From NCBI GenBank assembly GCA_977030845.1, contig OZ365118.1:21824001-21888000 (forward strand): DNA of 64,000 nt, read 5' to 3'. Within the stretch, counting starts at the first letter, position 1; each line of letters starts with the position of its first letter. The stretch is from Fimbriosthenelais zetlandica (taxonomy: Eukaryota). Position numbers and translations under genes: made by a program. Below are positions 53,505 through 64,000 of the stretch, piece after piece. The notes under the pieces were generated by a model. It saw only the letters and a list, made by a program, of their open reading frames with translations, did not search any database and was not told where the DNA came from.

Positions 53505-53670
53505 CATCTTGTAAGCTATCTGAGTGTAGTACACCTTTGCCGGTGTGTACCGTCTCCCCCGGTCAAAACGTCCACCACTTCTAAAGGACATACCGCCCGG
53601 AAGTAGCCACCAAGGTCGTGACCTTGGTCCAATAAGACGCTTGTGCGGACAGGCGACTTTATATACGCGG
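53505..53670. promoter_or_regulatory. Regulatory cluster: YY1-like, ETS, palindromic nuclear-receptor element, CCAAT, minus-strand TATA
   Basis: GCCATCTT near 53512; CCGGAAGT 53597-53604; CCAAGGTCGTGACCTTGG 53610-53627; CCAAT 53629-53633; minus-strand TATATAAAG near 53657-53665. Confidence 0.45.
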
Positions 53671-53840
53671 GGCTCGGGGCTGTGAGGGATTGGGTTTGCC
53701 AGTTGATATTGTTCTAAAGCACATATTGACTGACTCATATTCATTGCCTACACATCTAAACTTGAAATGTGAGGCTGGGTAAAGGGGGTTCCATTTCACA
53801 TACAATATCGTCCATCTTATGGTCCAGAGACCATGAGAGG

Positions 53841-53902
53841 TATTGTTGAGTGGTCCTTGAATGACCCAAGATGTAATTGTCAACTGTTTAAAAAAGACCT
53901 CC
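53841..53902 (+). repeat. Short dispersed repeat (further copies at 55936-55996 and 56049-56075)
   Basis: gtggtccttgaatgaccca is exact at 53850-53868 and 55945-55963, with about 60 bp of flanking similarity; third partial copy ccttcaatgacccaagatg. Confidence 0.7.
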
Positions 53903-53959
53903 TTGGTTTGCCTCAACCCTTGAACTCGCCCCCATGTACTAATCAAATGATATCACGTA

Positions 53960-53978
53960 GGGCGCCACCTATTGGCGT
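53960..53978 (-). promoter_or_regulatory. CTCF-like site, reverse orientation
   Basis: Minus strand CGCCAATAGGTGGCGCC; one mismatch to core CCRSYAGRKGGCR. Confidence 0.5.
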
Positions 53979-54140
53979 CTCGGGATACAATTACCATGTC
54001 TTGACGGTAAATAAAGGTCCCTCCACTCATGCGTTAGATTCTCACTTTCACTTCCTTGCCCATATTTAAAAACCTTATTCCCTTCAGAAACATTTCTTTT
54101 CTGTTTGGGTAAAACAAAATCAAGGTAGTGCTTGCTCCAG

Positions 54141-54159
54141 TGCTCGCTAGGGGGCGGTG
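54141..54159 (+). promoter_or_regulatory. CTCF-like site, forward orientation
   Basis: TGCTCGCTAGGGGGCGGTG; one mismatch at core position 1. NRF1-type GCGCATGCGC nearby at 54202-54211. Confidence 0.5.
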
Positions 54160-57100
54160 AGGCGTGTCAGCACGCCAGGCCTGGTCAGTGAGGCGAGGTG
54201 GGCGCATGCGCGGGCCACGCCGGTCAGGGCAGCCAGAAAACCAGCTGTTTGACTTGGGGAGGGGCGAACATGTTGCAAAACTATTATTTAAACCTTCCAC
54301 TAACAGTATTTACCTAAAGGTGAAAATCAAAGCAAGGAAACAAAGGGCTGGAAGAGAGTAAAGATTTCCTTTCCAATAGGCCTACTCATGAAAAGTTTCA
54401 GCCACAGGCAGTACCCTGCATACCTCTCCTGATATATTCCCATCTCTGTTTTTTAGTATTTCTGAAATCTACCATGTCCTCATTGCTTGGTGAGAATTAT
54501 AGAAGGTCGGCAATGTAAATAGTCCAGCTCCTTAACCGAGAAGAAACAGTCCAACAGTCCCAACAGGCGGGAAGCACAACATACTGAAAGATGCATAACA
54601 TGGAGGGTGTGAATGAATGACAAATCATTCACAAATATAGACTAGCTCCTGCCCCTCATACAGGCCAGAGAACAGTTAGAGAATGGTCTCTAGCACTCAG
54701 AGATTTAATATTGACAGTTAGGTGTAGATGTGGTAGGGAGAGCACATTCAATTCAACCCTGGAACTGAGAGATAGTATAGAAATTTAGTTAGACTTGTTT
54801 GGAAACAGAAAAAGTTCAATGTTTATAGTTTTTCTTCTGTAATCAATTGAGAATACAAATAAACAGTTAAACAAGTCTAATTGAGTTAGTGGAGCAGGGA
54901 ATGTAGATTGACAAGCCTTGGTGTTAAGACAACACGCCCTGGTCGGTATAGGCAGCTATAGTGAGCATAGTACTCCAGGGTGAGATATAGCTCCCCCTGC
55001 CCCCACACACCTCCTGACAGTTGACAGCAGAGAGCCATAGCGCACCCTGTTACCGTCTGTCAACCCCGCCTCAATCAACACCCCACTGTTTATCTTACAC
55101 CCATTACTACCACAGAGTAAACAGATTTGTTGTGTAGTAACAACTGTGGCCTTGAATCTTTACTCCACCAGAAGCTGAACCATGGATGAATGGACGGAGG
55201 TTTACTCATTTACTCCATGGTTCACCCTCTATAGTTTACCCTCTAAAGTTGAACTGATCTAAATTGATGTATTTTTCATCATAATTATTCATATAAATGA
55301 TGGTATATTTTGATATTGACGCCTGGAAATTGATACCTTGATTCTAATATTGAATTTGAATCCTTCATTCTATAGGAAAATGAGGCATTGCTTCCAAGTA
55401 TGACTTCATTCTTCGAGACAGGTAGGCCTAGAAGTTAAGGTTTGTACTGCTAAGTTGTTTTGTTTCATCCAATATAACTTCTACATATTAGTTAAGTTAT
55501 CATGTATGATTCACATGTTTTCTTCCCATATGTACTGGTAATCAAATGGTGGGTTAGTTTGTTGAGTATATGAGGACTATAGAATGTTGTGATAGGTGTA
55601 CCAGCCTCCTGATCTGGCTGTCAGATCTGGGTGTGAATGATCACAGTACTACACGTGTACATCCCCTGATAAAGTCTTACAGATCACGAGGTGAAGATAA
55701 CAATGGAAATACAAGAGAGAGCTGCTCCCCAGGCCGCCATGGGAGCAGCTCTATAATCTGATGACATCTCCTCACCAGGCTGGCTGGGTGAGAGAGTGGA
55801 GGGGTCTGTAGGGTGAGGTGGGGTGGGCTGTGTGTGATCTACTCTCAATGATCAATGCTGGACTATCACACTTTCTTATACACTCAGACTGTCTTTCCTT
55901 TGTTTGAGTCTCCATTGACTTTGAACAATTGGAGCTATTGTAATGTGGTCCTTGAATGACCCAGGGTCGTATCTAACTGGTTAAATGAAGACCTCCCCTT
56001 GTTGGGATCTTCACTGGCAAAAATATGTCACATAATGGATTAATACTTCCTTCAATGACCCAAGATGAGATTGTAGTTGCCAATTTGGTGTATTGGTGCA
56101 ACAAAATCGAGCCATTCCTTGATCTTTGAGTTAATTTTAAAATCCACGAATGAGCATCAGAAGTAGTATATATAGCCTATATATGGACCTGAAGTCTGAT
56201 CTATCAATCTTAGACAGCCCATATATGTAACTGACCCTCAATACTAATAACCAGTTAGCATTGACAGTCCGCTTATAACCTCAGACAATGACTTCATGTT
56301 AATGTAACCCAGCTCCGCTGTCTCCACACATCTCATCATTATTCACATTCTGCTCCTCCTGCCCTCAAGCCATCCACATATACAGGCTTCTCAGGTTCAC
56401 CTACTGAAGGTCTCACAAATATACCACATCATAAGATATACCTGAGAGGGCATTTACCTCCAGGCCTGATCCTACAGGAGCTATCCCCCTCTAGACCCAC
56501 CCCCACCTCTTACTCTGTTCCTGTTAACAAATTGAACATAGTAACAGAATATTGGGGCATTTTAGTCATATTGGACAAAATTAACGCTTAGTAAATCTGA
56601 AAAGAATCTTAGAAAATAATTGGGAGATCTGTGTTCCATGAAGAATATCAATTACGTGGATATCGTATTGTAAGTGAACATGGGTGATATTGAATTAATG
56701 TTGGGCTGGGTGATGGATGGGCTGGGAAGTGGCTATAATTGACCATAATGGTGGTTCCTGGACTACAGGCAGGTATAGTATTGCTGCTACATGGGTCTGA
56801 CTTCTCCTGCCCCGTCATGGGGCTAACATTTACTTGGCTGATCCCTCACCCCTCACCTCTGATCCCTCACCCCTCACCTCTAACCCCCCACCCCCACACC
56901 TCTTACTCCCCGTCCAGGTGCCCCAGTCAGAGACCAGCCTGGCTCACTTTCACCTCTGCTTTCACGGAGCACGGCATTAAGGCAATGATGACTTGTATCA
57001 AAGACACCGCACGGTGGACCACAGTGGTGATAAAGTTTATAATCAAGGTCTATACTTGGTGACACGACAAGCAGGACTGAGAGACAGTAGTAAAAGCCGC

Positions 57101-60100
57101 AGATACTTCCTTAACAGTAACTTAACATTTCACACTTAATGCTGAGTAATTCCTCCGTCATTCCAAGTGGCCATACCACTTATTGTAGTCAATGCAGACA
57201 TGCAATGCTCAAAGCATTATATTGATAATGTTTTTAACGTTTTAGTAATTGTGGAAGATGATGTAAAATCTTTTCTGTTAGTCCTTAACCTTTAATATGA
57301 TATAAACATTTTTCTTTGAGTAAAGATAAAGGGTTTTAAGAACCCCGAATTATTTTTCGATCCATTCCTTGATCTTTGAAACCCCAAGCTTTTCAACGCA
57401 ATTTAGTGGTGTTTTAGAAAGATTATATGTAGGATCTCTTGGTGGTATAGGTTGATCTCTTGGTGGTATAGGTTGGTGTCTGGCCACTAGAGGCGTGGGT
57501 GTGAAGTGAAGGTGTTGGGGGCATGAGGGGGTGAGGTATAGTGAATCTATAGAGGTGTAGAAGGTGTGTGATCCATGACTTGATTAAAGACCTCAGGTAT
57601 AATGATCACTGTAAACAATACCTGGTAAAAAACATCCCACAGACGGTGATCGGGCGGGTGTATAGGGATCACACGGTGATCGGGCGCCAGCAGGGATCAC
57701 CTTACATGTGATAGCGGGCTACTCTACCCTGATTACAGGCTGGCCGGTGTGTAATGGTCGGTGAAATAACAACGAGAACCCAATGTTTCACCCTATAAAT
57801 CCACGCCTCATTCCCCAGACATTCCAAACAATTCCACTGGAATCTGTGATTGGAACGAATTGAATTTCGTGATTCTAACTTTCAAAATGACAGAAATGCT
57901 CCAAAATTGCACATACAAATTAATATCCATCCAAGAGATGCCAGATCATCAGATATACTGATGAAATGCAGGCATCGTTTTGTACATTGAAGGCATATTT
58001 ATGTGCTTGTGAAAAACTTGAACTTACCCACATTGGGTCTTGAGAAATGACTTGAATCACTGATAAATTACAGCCATCGTTTGTGGCTAGCTGTGATCAT
58101 GTTTTTACTATAATTCACACCTCATTAAGAACATCTGATCAGTGTTAGCACCTTAGTGCAGCTCGAGGTGTGCCTCCAAGGGCTTTATTGTCACTTTAAG
58201 TGTGAAATATAACAAACTTTATTGTTCCACTATGTACAGTAGCTTCCCTATACCCCTGACCACATCCCTGTACCAGCTGACCCTATACTGGACTGAGGCT
58301 AGACCACCATATGATGGATGTACAGGTCATTCTGTGACTGTAAACCACCCTGTAATAAGTCATATACTGTATATTAGTACTGATAAAGGTGCTCCCAACA
58401 TCCATAAATCATACAGACTTCCTTCTCACGGCTGACTTTTGGCCTGACATTATGTTGAGTAGGTAAAGTCATTCTTGCTTGGGTCGCACTCTCATGAAAG
58501 CACTACATGTATATGTGTGATTGTTGGACAGGAAGTTTTATTGGATTCAGTGGAATCTTAGAGTATCATTTCACTCTAATGTGGACTTAAATTGCCAATT
58601 TACTCATTCTTCTGAGGAAGTATGTCCAGAGCAAAAGTAACTGTCCATGAACTTTTGTCCCTAAGTGTCCAATCCCTGGGAAAGGATACCAACATTATAG
58701 TCAAAGTACAAAGTAATCCCCGCTCTATCCCGGGGTCAGACATTAAATAGCCTACACACCAAATTTAGAAGAAAACTTTACAAAAGATCTGACCTCAGCC
58801 ACCTCTCATCTCTCTCATTTTATCCTCCCCTGATGTACCATCTCAAAAAAACCCACACGCCCTCTTAATGAGTCTGACAGGTCCACTAATTCCACAAACC
58901 AGTATTTAAACCGTCCTAGGTCTTCATTCCAGGCCTCTACCTCCACCACACATTGTCTCTGACATTCTTCTCAGGCCTATGTCCCTTACTTAATGTCCTT
59001 TTGGCCACACTTACCTCTCCACCACAAACAAAGCCCCGTCCAGATTGAGCCATCTCGCCTCTATCTACCTCACCCCCTGCTGCTTCTTGATCACCGCGTT
59101 TTGTCCGCGTCTTCAGTCATCCCGCCACGACTTCAAAGATGGCCGCGGCGTTCATCAACTGCCGCGCAAATGATGAATAACTGTGATTTGATGTGGAGTA
59201 ATGGCCGCTATCTGTGTCTATGGTGGAGAGGAGAAAGCCAGGTCTCTACACAACAATCTCTACCCACATCAAAGGTACAGCCACCATGATATATAGAGCG
59301 TATTGTGCCTCCATCATTAGATCTATAAACCCTCATAAATACCTCAGTCATCTCACATCTGGTTGTGTAAGATTAACACATCTTGTGAGTAATTATTGTC
59401 AGCACTTTTACTTCAGTGAGAGTTGGTCTGTTGACGGCACATTACCTTAAAGGATGAGAGGGTCTGGAGGCTGGGTGATAAACGAGGGCCTTTTTATCTG
59501 TTTAGATTTAATTTTGGACTTTTATGATAGATTTTCGTGTGATCAGGATATTAGCTCAGCGGGCGAGTGACAGAGTCTTCCTTATTACAGCTTTTGTAAG
59601 ATTTAAATTGAAATAGTGAGGAAGAGAGCGGGTAACTTAATACGTGAGACAAGCTGTTAGCTCAGTCTGTATGACTATTGAAGTCAGACTGTAGGGGACC
59701 ACAGCGAGGGTCGATTACTGACTACAGTAACTATACCTGTATCAAACTAACACAGAAACAGTCATAGATTTATTACATGGTCTCAACCTATAGACGGGAG
59801 GATGCCATGAATCATGTCTCAATGTCAAACCCTTCCTATTTACAATTTACTGACAGATACTAATGAGAAATATGTAAATATGAAGTAAATGTATATTAAA
59901 TACAATCTATATTAAAAATTGGCCCACATAAGTGAGTGAGACTTTGGAGTAGATGATCAGAAACTTAAGGACCTTCCACCTTCCAAAGACTGACTATTGT
60001 TTGGAAAACTAAATTGAGTTCTTCAACTATTGCACTGCCCGGAAGTCGGATTTTAGATTGTCTTTGAAACTATAGTTACTTTAAATAGTCCCCTTACTCA

Positions 60101-60735
60101 AGTTGACGACCTATTCAGCCCAAGTTTTTGTAACAAAAAACTCTTGCGGTAAAGAAAAGGTGGCTGGGTTTGAGGGACGCTATAGTGACCACTAGGTGGG
60201 CGTGGTAGTGGTCATCCGTCACATCCAGGTAAACTGTCACCTACCTCCCCCTAACCTCCCCCCACCCCCACTCTACCTCCCCTAACCTCCCCCTACCCCC
60301 ACTCTACCTCCCCAGCCGCGGCCTTTCATGTGGCGCCGCCTGGACCTGATTCTAGGTATCATTTACCCAATAGAGATTTGTCTCTAGATGCCATTCTCTC
60401 TCAACCCTTTCTCTTATACTTTTCCCCTATCACTCCCATCTCTCCCCAGTGATGGAGGAGGGAGGGGGAGGCAACTCCCTGGGATACTTTTGTGACTTGA
60501 AATTTTCCCAAGGGACAGTTTTCCCCCCAAAAGGGACTTATTCACATATTGAGGAATGCAGCTCTAGGAATATAGAGCTGAAGAAATATATATATTTCTG
60601 AAACTATCTAGTTCGAAATTCTCAGAGAAATTTTAGTCTATTGGCTATGTACCCCTTCCCCTCCCCCAACCCACGCACGCATCGCCCGTTTCTTCTCCCC
60701 TATCTCTCCTCCCATCTCTCTCTCTGGTCAGCGAC

Positions 60736-60750
60736 CCGCCCACCAATCAC
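60736..60750. promoter_or_regulatory. Adjacent GC box and CCAAT box
   Basis: CCGCCC-A-CCAATCAC in a CpG-containing patch. Confidence 0.3.
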
Positions 60751-61928
60751 ACAGAGACCCCCTCTGACTGGACGGTGTCCATCTGTCATCCTGATCATAT
60801 CGCCTCCCAGGTGACCACTGGTCAAATGCTTTCACCCACACCTCTACTCCCAAAATAGACCCTCACTGAAATGTATCAAAAGTCAGTCCAATATCCAGAG
60901 AGACTAGAACTCTCTGCAATATCTGAAATATCTTTTTATTATTTTCTCAATTTTAGTTAAACAAGTTTCCTATCGATTAATGGGTACTTATTGGAGAAAT
61001 AAACCCCCCATATTTCACTATAGGCCGGTCATCCATCAGTGAGAGTGGCGGCAGGTAGAGGTCTAATATTTGTAGTGTATGGGGTGAGGGTGAGGTGGAA
61101 AGTTACACCAGTTATTACCTGGTATACCTGTAATGAGGGGCGGCCAGGTAGGCCGCCAGGTAGGGGTGTATATACCGCCTATATTAGAGATATGTAACTC
61201 ATACCTTGATGGTATGATAACCGCCACATGACACATGACTATAGTGTCAAACTATTACTTATATCTACTAATGATAAGGCCCACTGTTAACGACCACCAC
61301 TCACAGCGGACTAAACCATAATCCATGGTGTGCTTCTACTCTCACAGCAGTAGGTTATCAAGTGAAACATCTTTCATGGGAAAGGGAACATTTCTGTGAA
61401 AACCTATTGAGTGCAATTATATAGTACTGGCTCGGTTCAGACAAAGAGCCTATAAGGGTATTATAAGCTCTTTGATTCAGATAGAAATGTGGAAATATCC
61501 ACTTTGTTCAAACTCATCTGAGCTACCCTATCTCCATTACATTATTATATTTTTCCTGAAATTATCCATTCTTATCCTATATATTTTCAGCAATCAATCA
61601 GGTTTTCAGTTAGGCATGTAGAGCCACTTTCCCGTCTCCTCGCCTCTATCGTTTAGGTGCCTGATTCTGCCCCTGTTTCAGTAAACTACTCACGCTCTGG
61701 TCAAGCCTTGGTCAGCTCATATCGCGTGATACCTACCACCCTAGCACCTGATCGTGTGTATATAATACCTGACCTCTCTCCTGGAAATGACCACTCGGAC
61801 CTGCTGGTTCCGGGATGAGCTTTGATGCTGACCGCTCCCTCATCTACCTTATGACCCTCTACATCCACCTGGTCAAGGCTCATCAAGGATTCCCCAAACA
61901 ATCCTCAAAACAGGGATATCCATGGCCT

Positions 61929-62035
61929 GTGCTGCTAACTGGGATATCAAATTTAATGATATCGATATACCCCAGTATTTCTATGCACAATTCACTCTGA
62001 TCAGTGCTGCTAACTGGGATATGGCAGTATTTTTG
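61929..62035 (+). repeat. Two diverged tandem copies of the dispersed repeat gtgctgctaactgggata
   Basis: Copies at 61929-61946 and 62002-62021; the same motif occurs at 25482-25501. Confidence 0.75.
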
Positions 62036-63475
62036 TACAGTTCAATCTGATAACGCTCCCTAATTCGATACATCACTGATACTGTTGAGCTCATTAATTG
62101 ATTTTCCCAAATCAAATTCCCCTTCTCCCACATTAACATTAAATGACAAAAAAGACATGATCAACCTCCCATTCTTAGCCATTGTTCTCATATTTGGGGG
62201 GCGTGAAGATTTAATGAATATACAGCTGTGATTAATATCTTTACTACATGCGAGACGTATAAATGTACTGCTAAAAAATGATACAAGCTTCATTGATTTA
62301 ATTTCAAATGCAACAGGACCTTATTGATATGAATTTTTAACCCGATCCCACACCTTTTGTGATGTAAAAAGTACAACCAAAACTATGGATTAAATGTAAA
62401 TTGACTACAGGTGTATAAAGTGAACTATCAGTATCACATCCATTGTTAGCTATGGATTTTGGTGCAAAATCCCCTAAATATATTCCATTGTCAATTAACT
62501 TTTAAGTGACACATTGCCACAAAAAACTATTGAAGTTGGTGAACTATGGTGGGTAATAGTTATAGGTGAATGATAGGCTAGTTATGGGAGCCTTTTCGTG
62601 GGCTATAGACTAATGATCTAGGTGGGTAGACTATTGGGGTGGGGTAGTCGGGTGGTGATGGTGCTGGGATGAGGTAGTGAGGTGGTCAGGGGGTGAGGTA
62701 GGGGGTAGGGGGGTATAATGAGGAGTTGGTCACTTCTCTCACCTGTTAATTAGCCTCGGGATCCGGGTGTGGGGTGCGGTGGTGGGTGGTTGGTGGTGGG
62801 TGTGGGGGGTGTATGGGTGTGGTAGACAGGTATAGGTGAATGACTGGTGTAGGTAGTAATGAGGTCTCACTCATCATCATCAGCTAATTACAGCTCCCCT
62901 GATTAATGGCTGACCAGTGATGGTCACCATCAGGCTAATCACTGACCATGATGCTCACTAAGCCACCTTTGTTTTCACCCATGACAGTCCTACCCTTAAT
63001 GCCTTAGTTCCATCCCTTTGTTCATGATTGGGTCTATCTCTCTATGTATAAAAGGCCACAATGGGAATATGTAAATACATTTAATGGCTGTATTGTCAGA
63101 ATAGCTTCAGTAGGCTACACCATTATACAAGCACGGCATTCTGATTTTCCAATCTGTGCTGCTGACTTTCTCTTGGGTTTAAAAAATTGAGTTTGATGTT
63201 GGATAAAAAGTGACTTTAATGATGTAAACATGTGTGTCTCACTTGGCCACGTTCATCCTTTAGATGTTTTTCTTTGGAGGAATAAGAGGAGGTGAGAGGT
63301 GAAAGCTATCACTCTGTATTCTTTACAATGATAACAGATGGTTGTGTGATCCCCGAGAAAAAAATGTGATCATTTGAACAGGAACTTGAATCAGTTTCAA
63401 AGTATCTGAGATGAGGGAAGTTTGGGGTAACACTGATACATATAACACATGTAGGTATATATGTAGCGCATCTCC

Positions 63476-63680
63476 CACGTGTGATCCACGTGGATCACCT
63501 ACACGTGGATCAGCTGATGCGTGAGATGTATCAATCATGGACATCACGTGACCGCGCATGCGTGCAGTAGAGCGTTGTAAGACGCGCATGCGCGTTAATG
63601 ATTCCAGCAGTAAAGTTGTCGTCAGCTGACCGGAAGTTGTAGAGGAATGAAGGCAGCAATAGTTGCTATGGTTACACGTG
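63476..63680. promoter_or_regulatory. Dense promoter-like cluster: 5 CACGTG, 2 NRF1-type, ETS, RFX X-box
   Basis: CACGTG at 63476, 63487, 63502, 63545, 63675; GCGCATGCG at 63554 and 63584; CCGGAAGT 63630-63637; minus-strand GTAACC-AT-AGCAAC 63662-63675. Confidence 0.7.
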
Positions 63681-64000
63681 ATCAGCCACCATGACCTTCA
63701 GACCTTCACATGACCTCAGTCAGTCGATGTCTGCTACTGCGAGCAATTGAGCTGCTCCACGAGCAAGATCTCTACCTACCCACCTACCTATACATACCCC
63801 TCTCTATATCTCCTCTATATCTCCTCTATATCTTCTCTCCGTCTCTTCCCCTTTCCCCCTCATTCTCCCCGCCCTTTCACCTCTGGAGATGGTATAATTA
63901 TCAGTCGATAACATAGGTCAGTGAAGAGGTGGATTTTACACCATGTAGAGATGGTGAGAGAGATAAGGGAGCACTAGTCTGTCAGGTGACATGCGTGCAT

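Noticed and set aside
57481-57496. Additional CTCF sites (TGGCCACTAGAGGCG here; CCACTAGGTGGGC at 60129; CCACCAGGGGAAA at 10121; TAGGGGCGCTA near 3046)
   Set aside because: Each needs an indel or two mismatches in the invariant GGC part of the core.
61145-61163. CAGGTAG as Zelda/TAGteam sites
   Set aside because: Zelda is an arthropod factor, and the insects and crustaceans where it is studied are not known for delta-type protocadherins. Treated as part of the general CAGGTR enrichment.
63691-63750. Strong-context ATG (gccaccATG) as the start of the next gene
   Set aside because: It ends after 19 codons and no clear donor is visible; it may be a uORF or chance.

Overview
Animal (bilaterian) genomic DNA. 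A lophotrochozoan source is my best guess from the protein's features, not something the sequence proves. One protein-coding gene is supportable: a + strand delta1-like protocadherin (signal peptide, 7 cadherin repeats, TM, cytoplasmic tail; 1,144 aa predicted). It has one giant coding exon (35161-37950) and two small cytoplasmic exons (49465-49585, 50132-50655); a splice acceptor at 35001-35002 implies an upstream non-coding exon. The rest is non-coding. It contains minisatellites (40, 67-69 and 16 bp units), a decayed LINE RT fragment, a probable tRNA-derived SINE remnant and several CpG-rich motif clusters, including a promoter-like cluster at 63.5-63.7 kb. No CRISPR, rRNA or intact tRNA gene is seen. 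Main leads: (1) by eye, a quasi-periodic nucleosome-scale block architecture of the non-coding DNA; (2) a divergent CTCF-like pair just downstream of the protocadherin; (3) a template-switch-like duplication in intron 2 that captured 3'UTR-like sequence; (4) a gene layout resembling variable/constant exons, with delta1-type cytoplasmic motifs. All motif and periodicity calls were made by eye and need computational or experimental confirmation.
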